A stretch of DNA of 51,338 bases from Planctomycetaceae bacterium (GTDB lineage Bacteria; Planctomycetota; Planctomycetia; Planctomycetales; Planctomycetaceae): positions 1 through 51,338 of the forward strand of contig JBDNFT010000660.1 in assembly GCA_041689695.1 (NCBI GenBank). Direction: 5' to 3'. A program made the position numbers and the translations under genes. Below the pieces are notes generated by a model, which made no database searches, was not told the DNA's origin, and worked only from the letters and a program-made list of their open reading frames with translations. Each line of letters opens with the position of its first letter. Positions within the stretch are counted from its first letter, which is position 1. Shown here piece by piece: positions 18,676-28,001 of this stretch.

Positions 18676-20555
18676 GGCGTGCTCCGCATGATTCTTTGCA
18701 TTGTCTCGGTCGCCTGCTCAACGCCAATCGTCAGTTGCTCCATTGCCCATGGTCCAGATGAAGACAACCGCAGGTATCCATGTTCTATGAATCCGCGAGG
18801 CCACTGACATGCGTTACGGCCGCCTTTGATTCGCCCAGTGATTCTCGGCGCAATATCCAATGCTCGCTCCATGCTTGACGCACTGCATATTGCCCACGTC
18901 ACGCTATCACTGCTTTCACTCAGCGTGGCATAGAGTTCAACCAGCATCATGCCACTGAATGGCCCAATGTAGACAAAGCTCTCGATTGCGTTTCCATCAT
19001 CAGTATTTGAATCCACGTCAATAAACCGAACATAGCCATCCTGTCCGTATTCCAGAATACTGCGATCCGCAGCCGTGTTTCCGGCCAACAGATGGACGGA
19101 AAAAGGATTGTGATCTGAGTTCGCATACGTGAATGGCCACCATGCTTCGTTTCTTACGTCCCAGACATAATTTACTGTCCCTGATCCGTTAATAGGAGAG
19201 ATGTAGACACGGACGGCAATCGCCCTGTCATCCCACTCCAGTGTTACGATGTTTTCACTAAGATTGGTGTCAGACAATCTTTCGTCGATCGTCATGGACG
19301 TCAGTCTGTTCGGAATGCCGTTCTCGGGGTTAATGCGATAAATCCCACCGCGTGAACCGAAGAAATAGACAATCCCTTCAGGCGATTGGCACCATGCTTT
19401 ACCAAAAGCGATCCCGGTAATATCGGTCACGCTGACATTGATCCCCCCTTCAGCCGGGTTGCCAACAAGACGGCGGATTGAATGCGAGCCTCCAATCAGC
19501 ATTACATCATCGGTGTACGGAATCAGGGCTGTCACAATATCTGGATTCTTGCCGTAGCCAGAAGTCACATTCCCTGCAACCGCCTGCTGAACCGTCGCTG
19601 TATCAGGAGCGTAGTCGAAATCGAAAGGATCACCGACCGCCGACATAAAAATGTTGTTCGGATCAGTCTCCAGCCCACTCAGTACGATTCGTCCTCCCCA
19701 GACGGCAATCAGCGAGCATCGTGATCCGCTCAGGCGAACACAACTTCCACCACTTGCGTATGCTCCGCTCCCTATTGAGCCAATTATCTCAAAGGTGTCG
19801 GCCGTTATGTTTTCAATCACCCACGTTTCATTTGTTGCCGCGTTGCCAACAACCCCCGTGATTGTGACCTGATCCCCGTTACTAAATCCATGTGAAACAA
19901 TAGTGACTACAATCGGCGTTGCATTTGAGGCGTTTGTGATTGGTTGAACGTTTGATTCCTGCGATGGCATTGTGCCGCCAGTCGCTGCCGTCCATGTAAT
20001 CATTTCGTTCGCTGATACGTTGTAATACTTGTAGTTCGCTCCGTCACAGAAAAAAATTTGCTTGAAGAATGATTCGGCAAATATGACAGTCTTTGCCGAT
20101 GACATGGCAGAGGTTCCAGAGAGAATTGGTTGGATTCCAGTTCTGGTGATTACAGCAGCATTTCCACCAGAAATACCCACAAGAGTTGTGACCCTCGCTC
20201 CAGTTGTCAAGATTGTGCTTGGTCCTAATTGTCGAACAGCCCCTGAAGCCGTGACCCTCACTCCTCCAGGTGGGTCTCCTAATGAACCTGTCTGACGGCT
20301 TTCGTTTTCAACAACGGCAACAACATGCACAAGACACTGGCCTGCCAAAGCCCCATTGATTCGATCGGGACAATACTTTAGCGTTCCAGCTCGCGATGCC
20401 CCTCGGTTTCGTCCTGTTTTGGGATCATACCCGATCACGTTATCGCACTTAGATGCTGTGTGCGTTCCGTCTTGGCCTCCCTTTTGACGCAATAATGCTG
20501 AAGCCTCATTGAGCCCTTTTAGCGGAAATTGGATTTCAATTCGACGGGTTGGCAT
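18672..20555 (-). CDS. large tail protein (nozzle/tubular-B-like or beta-propeller-like; unverified)
   Basis: 627 aa, placed between the fibre paralogs and the internal proteins. The function is a positional inference only. Confidence 0.7.
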   Translation of the reverse strand: MPTRRIEIQFPLKGLNEASALLRQKGGQDGTHTASKCDNVIGYDPKTGRNRGASRAGTLKYCPDRINGALAGQCLVHVVAVVENESRQTGSLGDPPGGVRVTASGAVRQLGPSTILTTGARVTTLVGISGGNAAVITRTGIQPILSGTSAMSSAKTVIFAESFFKQIFFCDGANYKYYNVSANEMITWTAATGGTMPSQESNVQPITNASNATPIVVTIVSHGFSNGDQVTITGVVGNAATNETWVIENITADTFEIIGSIGSGAYASGGSCVRLSGSRCSLIAVWGGRIVLSGLETDPNNIFMSAVGDPFDFDYAPDTATVQQAVAGNVTSGYGKNPDIVTALIPYTDDVMLIGGSHSIRRLVGNPAEGGINVSVTDITGIAFGKAWCQSPEGIVYFFGSRGGIYRINPENGIPNRLTSMTIDERLSDTNLSENIVTLEWDDRAIAVRVYISPINGSGTVNYVWDVRNEAWWPFTYANSDHNPFSVHLLAGNTAADRSILEYGQDGYVRFIDVDSNTDDGNAIESFVYIGPFSGMMLVELYATLSESSDSVTWAICSASSMERALDIAPRITGRIKGGRNACQWPRGFIEHGYLRLSSSGPWAMEQLTIGVEQATETMQRIMRSTP

Positions 20556-20556
20556 T

Positions 20557-21456
20557 TTATGGCACCACGAATGTCATGTTGATTATGAGGAAGTCGCCCA
20601 CATGGGGCGCATCGCCGCGAACCGGTGTTTTTGCTGTGATTGTCTGATTGTGTGAAATCACGGCATTCGCAGCAGTCAGGGTTCCAAAATCCGTATGATA
20701 AATCGGACGCGGACTGAAAGCTCCATGTGTGGTTGCCGTTCCTGCTCCGGGAATCATGCCATACCATAAGACTGGACTGCCGCCGTTCATGTGCAGATTC
20801 ACTACAGTATTAAAGGCAGTGTTCATGTGCGAACACGTAGCCTCTACCAGATGGCCTGTTGGACCAATCCAGCGATGTTGACAACCGTTTGTTAAAACAA
20901 GCGTGGTGGAGGTATTGTAGTTCGTTCCGACAAAAGCCATTGAAACATGCTTCACCATCTCTAACGTACCGAAAGCAAGGCTTATGATGGGAGAGGCTGG
21001 AATAATTGAACCAGCGCTTGGAAATATAGCATTGGAGACAGTCAACAGCGTGGTACTTACAGCACTACACATTCCGTAGTAGAAGACTCCTGCTCCAATC
21101 TCGACACGAACCGGCAATCCAACTGAGAAGTAGTCGCTCGCTTTCCGATTGACTCCACCAGACGGAGCTCCGCCATCAAATAGTACCCTATCCCAAGTAA
21201 TAGCACCCGATTCAGTGTACGCAATTTGGTCAATCACCGTCCAACGCTCTAACGGAGGAACTGGAGCAGTAGCTACAAAGTCCGTACCATCGTAGGATAT
21301 GTAGTCCCCCAACACTGGAGCTGGAGACGCCTTAAACAATAAAGACCGAAGCTGTTTCTTCGTGAGTTTCTTACTGACGCCTGCCTGTTCGATTTCGATT
21401 TCGTCGGTTTCGTTGAGAACCAACGCTTCTGGCATGTCTGAAATTTTCACCACCAT
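20557..21456 (-). CDS. tail fibre/receptor-binding-like protein, paralog B
   Basis: About 55% identical by eye to the 21495-22358 product. Shares GGAPSGGVNRK..DYFSVGLPVRVEIGAGVFYYG and an N-terminal ...AGVSKK.TK.. motif. Confidence 0.75.
   Translation of the reverse strand: MVVKISDMPEALVLNETDEIEIEQAGVSKKLTKKQLRSLLFKASPAPVLGDYISYDGTDFVATAPVPPLERWTVIDQIAYTESGAITWDRVLFDGGAPSGGVNRKASDYFSVGLPVRVEIGAGVFYYGMCSAVSTTLLTVSNAIFPSAGSIIPASPIISLAFGTLEMVKHVSMAFVGTNYNTSTTLVLTNGCQHRWIGPTGHLVEATCSHMNTAFNTVVNLHMNGGSPVLWYGMIPGAGTATTHGAFSPRPIYHTDFGTLTAANAVISHNQTITAKTPVRGDAPHVGDFLIINMTFVVP
21071..21174 (-). repeat. near-identical tract shared by the two paralogs (copy B)
   Basis: 104 nt, roughly 92% identical to 21967-22070 and including a 50-nt perfect run. 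The rest of the two genes is much more diverged. Confidence 0.85.
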
Positions 21457-21494
21457 AAGATTTCTCCTTGTGTGCTACGTCGTGATGTCATTTA

Positions 21495-22358
21495 TTACGT
21501 CAACACAAAAGCCATGCAGATAACAAGGAAGTCTGCCGTATCGCCAGCAGTCGTCACCACTGCGGTAATCGTCTGACTGTCGGCAATCGCGAGGTTCGCT
21601 TGAATCAGGTCACCCAGCGCGGAGTTAACGAAAGCTCCATGAGTTGTTGCTGTTCCTGCTGCGGGAATTACACCAGCGGTCGAAACGTTTGTTCCACCAT
21701 TCATTTTCAGATTGACGACAGTCGTTCCTGACGTATTCATATGCGAACACGAATAAGCCACAAGGCGACCGGGTGCGCCTCGCCAACGATGAAGGCAGCC
21801 TTTCACCAACGGAATAGTCGGTCCCAGCGTGTTGTAGGTCACCGCCGGAACACTCATCTCCACATGCTTCACCATCTCTAACTTACCGAAAGTGAGGCTG
21901 ATAATTGGACTTATTGGAAGAATCGCCCCAGACATCGTCAATAGCGTGTCTGTGACCGCCGTGCATATTCCGTAGTAGAAGACTCCTGCTCCAATCTCGA
22001 CACGAACCGGCAATCCGACTGAGAAGTAGTCACCGCCTTTCCGATTAACTCCACCAGACGGAGCTCCGCCAGCAAACGTGATCGTGGATGACGTGGCGGG
22101 GGCCGCTTCGGTGTACGCAATTTGATTAATCACCGTCCAACGCCCTGTCTGAGGAGATCCAGCAATAAAGACAAAGTCCGTACCATCGTGGGCTAATACG
22201 TCCCCTAACACTGGTGCTGCCTCTGCTGGATCAATAAACAGATTTTGCCGAAACAGCGTCTTTGTGATTTTCTTACTGACTCCAGCCGTTTCGATTTCTA
22301 AGATGTCGGCCTCATTGAGAATTGAAGCCGCCGCAAGTCCTGAAATGGCAACACCCAC
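21495..22358 (-). CDS. tail fibre/receptor-binding-like protein, paralog A
   Basis: Tandem paralog of 20557-21456 in the same orientation. Confidence 0.75.
   Translation of the reverse strand: MGVAISGLAAASILNEADILEIETAGVSKKITKTLFRQNLFIDPAEAAPVLGDVLAHDGTDFVFIAGSPQTGRWTVINQIAYTEAAPATSSTITFAGGAPSGGVNRKGGDYFSVGLPVRVEIGAGVFYYGICTAVTDTLLTMSGAILPISPIISLTFGKLEMVKHVEMSVPAVTYNTLGPTIPLVKGCLHRWRGAPGRLVAYSCSHMNTSGTTVVNLKMNGGTNVSTAGVIPAAGTATTHGAFVNSALGDLIQANLAIADSQTITAVVTTAGDTADFLVICMAFVLT
21967..22070 (-). repeat. near-identical tract shared by the two paralogs (copy A)
   Basis: See 21071-21174. Confidence 0.85.
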
Positions 22359-22370
22359 GATGATTCTCCT

Positions 22371-22727
22371 TTACGTTGTTCGATCAATGACAGACGCCGC
22401 AATTGAGCGTCTCGCTGTGTGTCCGGACGCGACGGCGTTAATCTCGATTGTGTATTCCAGATCCAAATCCAAAGCAAGGCTCGCTGGCAGTTTGCCCTGA
22501 TACTTGCCATTGCTGCCTGGCACATAATCCATATCCGATGGACCAAACGCAAGTGCGTTCACCGCTCCGGCAGATGCTGTCCGAACACCAGTCGCTGAAA
22601 CCAGCGAATATCCTGAGTACAACGAGAACGTGACAGAACCGTCGTTGACGTAAGCTCCGTCAGTCGCCTTCTGGAGCCACGTCCATTCGATGATGTTGTC
22701 GTTCTTGCGGAAGAGCGTTTCGCTCAT
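22371..22727 (-). CDS. virion protein (hypothetical)
   Basis: 4-nt overlap with the upstream gene. Beta-rich sequence. Confidence 0.6.
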   Translation of the reverse strand: MSETLFRKNDNIIEWTWLQKATDGAYVNDGSVTFSLYSGYSLVSATGVRTASAGAVNALAFGPSDMDYVPGSNGKYQGKLPASLALDLDLEYTIEINAVASGHTARRSIAASVIDRTT

Positions 22728-22945
22728 TGATTCATCCTGATGTCGCCATATAGATGCGGATCAACATTGATCGTACCAGAAAGGTGCGGAACAAAGCTGA
22801 TCGTACCAGAAAGGTGAGGAACTACGCGGATTGTACCGTGCAGAAAATCTGGGGCAATGACTTCAGCTTTTACAAACGACCCGTATCGACGACCTGGATA
22901 CGGTACACCTGCTCGTGACTGAGTTATCGCTTCCATGTGTCGCAC
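22724..22945 (-). CDS. small repeat-containing virion protein (hypothetical)
   Basis: Tightly packed between its neighbours. Contains three 10-aa units (VPHLSGTISF, VPHLSGTINV, DPHLYGDIRM). Confidence 0.55.
   Translation of the reverse strand: MRHMEAITQSRAGVPYPGRRYGSFVKAEVIAPDFLHGTIRVVPHLSGTISFVPHLSGTINVDPHLYGDIRMNQ
22740..22845 (-). repeat. three in-frame 30-nt tandem repeats
   Basis: gatcgtaccagaaaggtg(c/a)ggaac... is repeated at 22769 and 22799, with degenerate flanking copies. Confidence 0.8.
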
Positions 22946-22946
22946 C

Positions 22947-23504
22947 TCATGTTATCGAAAAACTGTCGCCACTTACTGGAGCTGTTGTCAACGCAACGAA
23001 TGTCAGCAAAGGAAGTGCCGCCGCGCTGCACGATGTGATTACTGTCCCTTGCCCTCTCAGGCCAACCGTTGTCGTGTTGTTGTCAAAAATAATGACTCTG
23101 CCGTTCCATTGATTGGCGACACTTCCGGCCGGCGAGATTCCCGAAGGCGTGAATGACGATGTTGACGGCGCAGTCGCTCCTACCACCCCGCGAATGATCG
23201 TGCGATTCGAGAACAGGAAACTGTCTCCAACCTTATCAACAAGCAACTGTCCCGCATGTAGCACGCCGTCAAACACCAGTTCGTCAGTAACCTCAACTGA
23301 GCCACTATAGATTCTCACAAGGTAGCTCGCGTTTGTTACGCGAACTTCCGAGAGCGTGAACGTCCAGACGCCAGTGCTGCCAGTCTCTAAAATCGTATCT
23401 CCGCCGGTATTCAGCAACGCTCCGGCCTCATCGCGAACAAACGCAGTGTGCCCGCTGACGACACCTGAAATGTGCGGAAAGCTAATTGAAATCACTGCGC
23501 TCAT
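22947..23504 (-). CDS. virion protein (hypothetical)
   Basis: 4-nt overlap with the fibre gene upstream. No motif recognised. Confidence 0.6.
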   Translation of the reverse strand: MSAVISISFPHISGVVSGHTAFVRDEAGALLNTGGDTILETGSTGVWTFTLSEVRVTNASYLVRIYSGSVEVTDELVFDGVLHAGQLLVDKVGDSFLFSNRTIIRGVVGATAPSTSSFTPSGISPAGSVANQWNGRVIIFDNNTTTVGLRGQGTVITSCSAAALPLLTFVALTTAPVSGDSFSIT

Positions 23505-24706
23505 GTTAATAGCCCCAAGTTTCTCAATGCCGCCGCTATCTGCGCGATCGTGTACCCGCCGAACGTAGCTGAATCATTTGCAATACCAGACGAGTTCGCA
23601 ACAAAGGCTCCTGCCGAAACGCCAGTCGTTTGCCGCGTGACAGCCGTAGTGCCATAGAAACCCAGCTTGTTCCCTGTAACGCCAACCCTGATGTCCCGGA
23701 GTGTTCCCGTGCCACCGGCGTAGCTCCCGATCGTAAATACGTTAGTGTCAAAACCACACACTCCTCGCTCGAAGTTCGAGCCCGCTGAGGACCAAGTGTT
23801 ATAGACCTGGATTCGATGTGGAGTCGTGCCGTTTCTTACTCCTACCAGACCTGCCCCACCATCGCGGAACAAAGCTGTTTCGAGCGCACTTGTTGTGTTC
23901 ACGCTACCTGTACTTGCCCAACCAAATGCCCCATTGTTCCACATGGTCGTATGAAAAGTGCTTATCACAGACATCGACCCAAGAAACATTGGCCGTCCGG
24001 CTGAATCAATCGACGAAGTAACAGCATTGCCAGGGGTTCTCCACTCTTGCTGATTCACCGTCAGGCCAGCGAATCCCCCCGACGTGATCGCGACAGCATC
24101 ACTAACTGGCGTCACTAAAACTTGACCAAATGTCTTGGCCCCAGCGATTGTCTGAGCACCTGTTGTAACAACACCGCGAGCCGAGGATGATGCACTTGGG
24201 ATATTTATCGTGACGGTCGAGACCGCTGCGTCCACCTCGACATCAACGCCTGCTGTTCCAACCGCAATCGTATAGGAAGTGCTACTCAGAGCATTGATTG
24301 TTATGTCACCTGCGTTTGTGCCAGTCAATCCCAGGTCAGTCTTCAGCGTCGCCAGCGGCTGCACTTCCGGCACGCCAGTGCCTCCAGTCTTGCGATAGAC
24401 AACACTCGCCGTTGCCATATTGGCTTGATTTGCCAGCGTCACAACACCTGCAGCAATTGTTAATGCCGTCGCTCCAGTCACGTCGCCCGTATGAGTTGCA
24501 TTGGAAGTTTTCGCTGTATTTGCAGCTACATCTGCTGTCGCAGCGACGGCAGACGCAAGATTGACATATGTCTGGTCGCCTCGCAAAACAGTGTTAGCAT
24601 CTGCTGTCCCTGTTCCAAGGTTCGCTGTTGGCATTCGCCCGGCCGATGCTGACAGGGTGGACAGCAAGCCTCGCATTTGTTTCCAAAACGTAATTTCCGA
24701 AGGCAT
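23501..24706 (-). CDS. tail fibre protein
   Basis: N-terminal ANLGTGTADANTVLRGDQTYV is a motif common in phage fibre N-termini. The remainder is Gly/Thr/Ala-rich beta sequence. Confidence 0.65.
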   Translation of the reverse strand: MPSEITFWKQMRGLLSTLSASAGRMPTANLGTGTADANTVLRGDQTYVNLASAVAATADVAANTAKTSNATHTGDVTGATALTIAAGVVTLANQANMATASVVYRKTGGTGVPEVQPLATLKTDLGLTGTNAGDITINALSSTSYTIAVGTAGVDVEVDAAVSTVTINIPSASSSARGVVTTGAQTIAGAKTFGQVLVTPVSDAVAITSGGFAGLTVNQQEWRTPGNAVTSSIDSAGRPMFLGSMSVISTFHTTMWNNGAFGWASTGSVNTTSALETALFRDGGAGLVGVRNGTTPHRIQVYNTWSSAGSNFERGVCGFDTNVFTIGSYAGGTGTLRDIRVGVTGNKLGFYGTTAVTRQTTGVSAGAFVANSSGIANDSATFGGYTIAQIAAALRNLGLLT

Positions 24707-24747
24707 GGGGCGGATCTCTCAGATTACCGAACGCAGACAATGCCTGT

Positions 24748-24783
24748 GAAAATCTGAAGCCGCCGCGATCACGACGGCTTCAG
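24748..24783 (-). terminator. intrinsic terminator-like hairpin after the 194-aa gene
   Basis: 9-bp stem CTGAAGCCG/CGGCTTCAG with a 12-nt loop, followed on the minus strand by ATTTTC. Confidence 0.45.
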
Positions 24784-24806
24784 ACGGTTTGGCAAGAATG
24801 AAACCA

Positions 24807-25391
24807 TTACACCGGAAGCAAGAGCACAGTGACGAGACCGCGAGCCGCTGTCGTGGTTCCAGTCACGTCCATTCCGATTGCATCGCCAGCCGCCAACAGG
24901 ATTGTCGCTGGAGTCGCGCTGAGTGCCAACGTTTGGTTGGTGTTGGCTCCGACTCTCAGGTTTGCTGATCCGGTATGTAGTACCGTGCCGCTGGCAATCG
25001 CCACGCCACTTGCTGCTTTGCGGATTTCTGCCGTAACGCCACTCGCGTCTGATCCGACAACCAGCGGACGAACAATGATTGACTGAACCTGAAGCGCCCG
25101 ACTCGCCACGAAAAACGGATCATCGATCGCAGTTGCTTCGCCGTAGTTAAAGCTGACTGCATATGCGCCAGACAACCCTTCAGTGACGAACAGAGATGAA
25201 GCTCTGGTGCCGATGTTGACGAAACGAGTTGTTGACAGCCCGGTGCCGTTTGTTTTGATAAACTGGCATCCCGGTGCATACCCCAAAGTTGCTGCAGCCG
25301 GAACGGTTGATCCGTAGGCCAGAAGGATGCCAAGAGACGGGTCTTTTGCGACTTCGCCAAGTCCGTCGTGAATGTTAAGCGCGCGAGACAT
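24807..25391 (-). CDS. small virion protein (hypothetical)
   Basis: 194 aa, beta-rich, flanked by hairpins on both sides. Confidence 0.6.
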   Translation of the reverse strand: MSRALNIHDGLGEVAKDPSLGILLAYGSTVPAAATLGYAPGCQFIKTNGTGLSTTRFVNIGTRASSLFVTEGLSGAYAVSFNYGEATAIDDPFFVASRALQVQSIIVRPLVVGSDASGVTAEIRKAASGVAIASGTVLHTGSANLRVGANTNQTLALSATPATILLAAGDAIGMDVTGTTTAARGLVTVLLLPV

Positions 25392-25476
25392 AGTACAACT
25401 CTGCTTTCTTCTTCTGGTTAAAAAGGTGGGGCTTTAAGTAAGCCATCTTAAAGGCATATGCCAACTCGAAAAACTT

Positions 25477-26475
25477 TTATTGGTAGTTTGTCGGACCAAG
25501 CCCGACGTGCTGCACTCGCGGGCCTTGTCGCATGAAGCTGCGACGCTGGTGACTGTAGTCCAGGTTCTGTCCGATGATCCCCGGATTGCTTGTCTGGCGA
25601 TCGAATGAAACGGCCGCCTGGAGTTTCATTCTAAACATCTGCATGTGAATGCCAGCTTCGCCTTTGAATTCAAGCTCCACGGCTCCAAGGACCGCTTCGC
25701 GAAGACATTCTGACAAGGGCAGTCCGCCCATCGGAAACGGCAACGCGGATGTAAGCTGATAAGGGTTGATCGTGTAGAACCCGGAAATCGTGTAGGCAGA
25801 GTCCGCCGTCGGCCAGAGTGTCATCATCCATCGCTGACCACTCGCGCCAGTCTGATCCTGCGTAAAGACAGCGAACCGAGTTGGCTGAGAAGCAAAGTCG
25901 GCAACACCGCTTTTCTGATACGACAGCAATTGCTGCTTGTCGGCACGCTGAACCGTGTATCCCAGCGATGTTGATGAATGATCAAGGAACAGATCGCCTC
26001 GGAAGCCACCGAACAAATCAGGCAGTACGTAATCGATCTGCTGCAACGTGTATGACGATCCGGCGGCCGCTGCCACTGCCGCGTTGTCCAAAATCAGCGA
26101 TGTGTCGCTGGATCGTGTTGCTACCGGGTAGCTCACACCGCCAACAGTAAACTCCGCATCCGCCGCCCAGGCCGGAAACAAAGTACCAACGCCAGTCACG
26201 ACACCAGCCACAACAGTGACGGTCCCGGTCGCGTATGGAGCGTTGATGCTGAACGACCGGAACTTTGGCTGCATGAACGACCACATGTGAACCTGAAGCT
26301 CGTTCGGCAGTATGTCAGGTTCGTAAACCCACCGACAGCCGATATCAACGCACATGTTGACTCGCGTTGTGAAATCAGCATCATCCCAACCAGTGATGTC
26401 AATGCCCCGGCCCAGCATGTTGCCAGCGGCCTTCAGCAGATCGTCACGATTAAGCGTTAATGTTGAATCAGCCAC
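25477..26475 (-). CDS. virion protein (adaptor/tail-tubular-like by position only)
   Basis: 332 aa in the head-to-tail region of the module. Confidence 0.6.
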   Translation of the reverse strand: MADSTLTLNRDDLLKAAGNMLGRGIDITGWDDADFTTRVNMCVDIGCRWVYEPDILPNELQVHMWSFMQPKFRSFSINAPYATGTVTVVAGVVTGVGTLFPAWAADAEFTVGGVSYPVATRSSDTSLILDNAAVAAAAGSSYTLQQIDYVLPDLFGGFRGDLFLDHSSTSLGYTVQRADKQQLLSYQKSGVADFASQPTRFAVFTQDQTGASGQRWMMTLWPTADSAYTISGFYTINPYQLTSALPFPMGGLPLSECLREAVLGAVELEFKGEAGIHMQMFRMKLQAAVSFDRQTSNPGIIGQNLDYSHQRRSFMRQGPRVQHVGLGPTNYQ

Positions 26476-26479
26476 GAAC

Positions 26480-26938
26480 TTACGCTCCCGCGATTTGTAC
26501 CTGACTCATCAGGTACGGTTTTGTCTCTGATCCTACCTTGACGTCGATCCATGCTCCCCGACGGCCGATGAACTTTCCGGCAGTCGGCTTATCGTCAATC
26601 AGGACCGTGACCTTGCTCTGCGCTGGGGTGTTGTCCCAATCGTCACTGGCCGGCAAGTCGCTGATGCTATCGACTTTTGCGTCATCTTCTGGACTGCACA
26701 GCAGGTCGCCAATAGTTGTGAACTCAATCGCAAACGCACGACCATCTTTGGTCGCGATCAACCAATTCATCACCACGCCCAATGCGGCCTGTTTCGTGAT
26801 GACACTGCCGATACCCAAATTCTGACAGCACTTGAACGCCCATGCGTGCATCCGGACCAGCGATTGTGGCAGTGGCCGTTGATCCTCGCCATCATGGAAC
26901 AGAATCGATCGGTAGTAACTGGCTGTTGTACGATCCAT
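26480..26938 (-). CDS. hypothetical virion-module protein
   Basis: The track ORF runs to 27040 and would overlap the upstream gene. The internal ATG at 26938 (MDRTTASYY...) removes that overlap. Confidence 0.5.
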   Translation of the reverse strand: MDRTTASYYRSILFHDGEDQRPLPQSLVRMHAWAFKCCQNLGIGSVITKQAALGVVMNWLIATKDGRAFAIEFTTIGDLLCSPEDDAKVDSISDLPASDDWDNTPAQSKVTVLIDDKPTAGKFIGRRGAWIDVKVGSETKPYLMSQVQIAGA

Positions 26939-26952
26939 TGAAAACCCTTTTA

Positions 26953-26995
26953 GAATAAAACAAGATTGACGCGGCGACATTGTGTCGCCGGTCAA
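26953..26995 (-). terminator. hairpin between virion genes (weak terminator or RNA stability element)
   Basis: TTGACgcGGCGACAttgTGTCGCCggTCAA forms a 13-14 bp stem with a bulge. A T-rich tract follows about 10 nt later on the minus strand. Confidence 0.35.
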
Positions 26996-27005
26996 CCAAG
27001 TAAGA

Positions 27006-27833
27006 TTACACGAATAGCTGGGCACAAGTCCAGCGGTCAATCTTGCTTACACCAGCAGCGGTAGCGACAAGCTTCTGACCGAACAGTAATCCAAACCGAA
27101 CGTCGGCAGGGAAATCAGTTCCGGTCTCGTTCGGAACAGCTTTCGTGTTTCCGCATGAAACACCGTTGACGTACCATGTCAGCAGTCCCGTACGGCGAGT
27201 GAATCGCATTCCGAGCTTGACATAAGTGTCGGCCACCAACACAACACACGCGGAGTTGACTGTCTGATCAGCAACGACACCAACACCGTCTGCCTTGTAG
27301 ATCGTGTCAACAGACCCCGAACCCTCTGGCATTCGGAAGCCCACAAAGTTGCCAGTCGCAGCCATGATCGGAGGATCAGCAGCGGAAAGCGGGATATCAA
27401 CCGTGGCTGCAACATTGTCCCAAAGGCCAATGATCATTCCGAGATTTGTGATGGAGCCAACCTTCACGCGAGCCTCGAACCACAAATCACCAAGCTGCGA
27501 TGAAATCTGGAACACTGTCCGAATCGAGCGGATGAAATTCCCTTCATTGGCGGTCGCTTCAGTCAAAGCGATCTCGCCGCCTGTGACATCAGGGTAGGTG
27601 ATTGTGCCTCCAGCGGAATTGAATCCAAAGTACGGAATACCAACCAGTGTTGCATCGCCTGTCACTGATGCGATTGATCCGCCGACATTGAAATCGTCAT
27701 CAACAATAATGCCATTGACATTACCGTCGCGAATGTCCTCAAGAGGACAATCTGCCCAAACACCAGACGACAAGCCGCGACTTGTATCAGCGGTTCTTCC
27801 GCCGTTGTACTGCACTGCGTTAGACATGATCAA
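27006..27833 (-). CDS. virion structural protein, beta-sandwich-like (decoration or second capsid protein?)
   Basis: 275 aa, first gene after the capsid terminator. The function is a guess. Confidence 0.6.
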   Translation of the reverse strand: MIMSNAVQYNGGRTADTSRGLSSGVWADCPLEDIRDGNVNGIIVDDDFNVGGSIASVTGDATLVGIPYFGFNSAGGTITYPDVTGGEIALTEATANEGNFIRSIRTVFQISSQLGDLWFEARVKVGSITNLGMIIGLWDNVAATVDIPLSAADPPIMAATGNFVGFRMPEGSGSVDTIYKADGVGVVADQTVNSACVVLVADTYVKLGMRFTRRTGLLTWYVNGVSCGNTKAVPNETGTDFPADVRFGLLFGQKLVATAAGVSKIDRWTCAQLFV

Positions 27834-27954
27834 GACCTTTCAACTACTTCAGCATCGCCACTGAACCCCTCCAGTGGTCATTCGCTGCCTCGTGGCAACT
27901 GGGGTCCGTTCCCACACGGCTCTCTTTTCCGATCAACAAGATCGGACGGGATCA

Positions 27955-27990
27955 CAAGAAAAAGACAAGGGCGGACACAAAACCGCCCTT
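27955..27990 (-). terminator. intrinsic terminator after the major capsid gene
   Basis: 8-bp GC stem AAGGGCGG/CCGCCCTT with an 8-nt loop, followed on the minus strand by GTCTTTTTCTT. Confidence 0.7.
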
Positions 27991-28001
27991 GTCAGTCACG
28001 A

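Noticed and set aside
20557-22358. Diversity-generating retroelement (TR/VR pair) acting on the fibre paralogs
   Set aside because: No reverse transcriptase ORF is present anywhere in the window. The mismatches in the shared tract are not adenine-specific, and the tract encodes the conserved core rather than a variable C-terminal tip.
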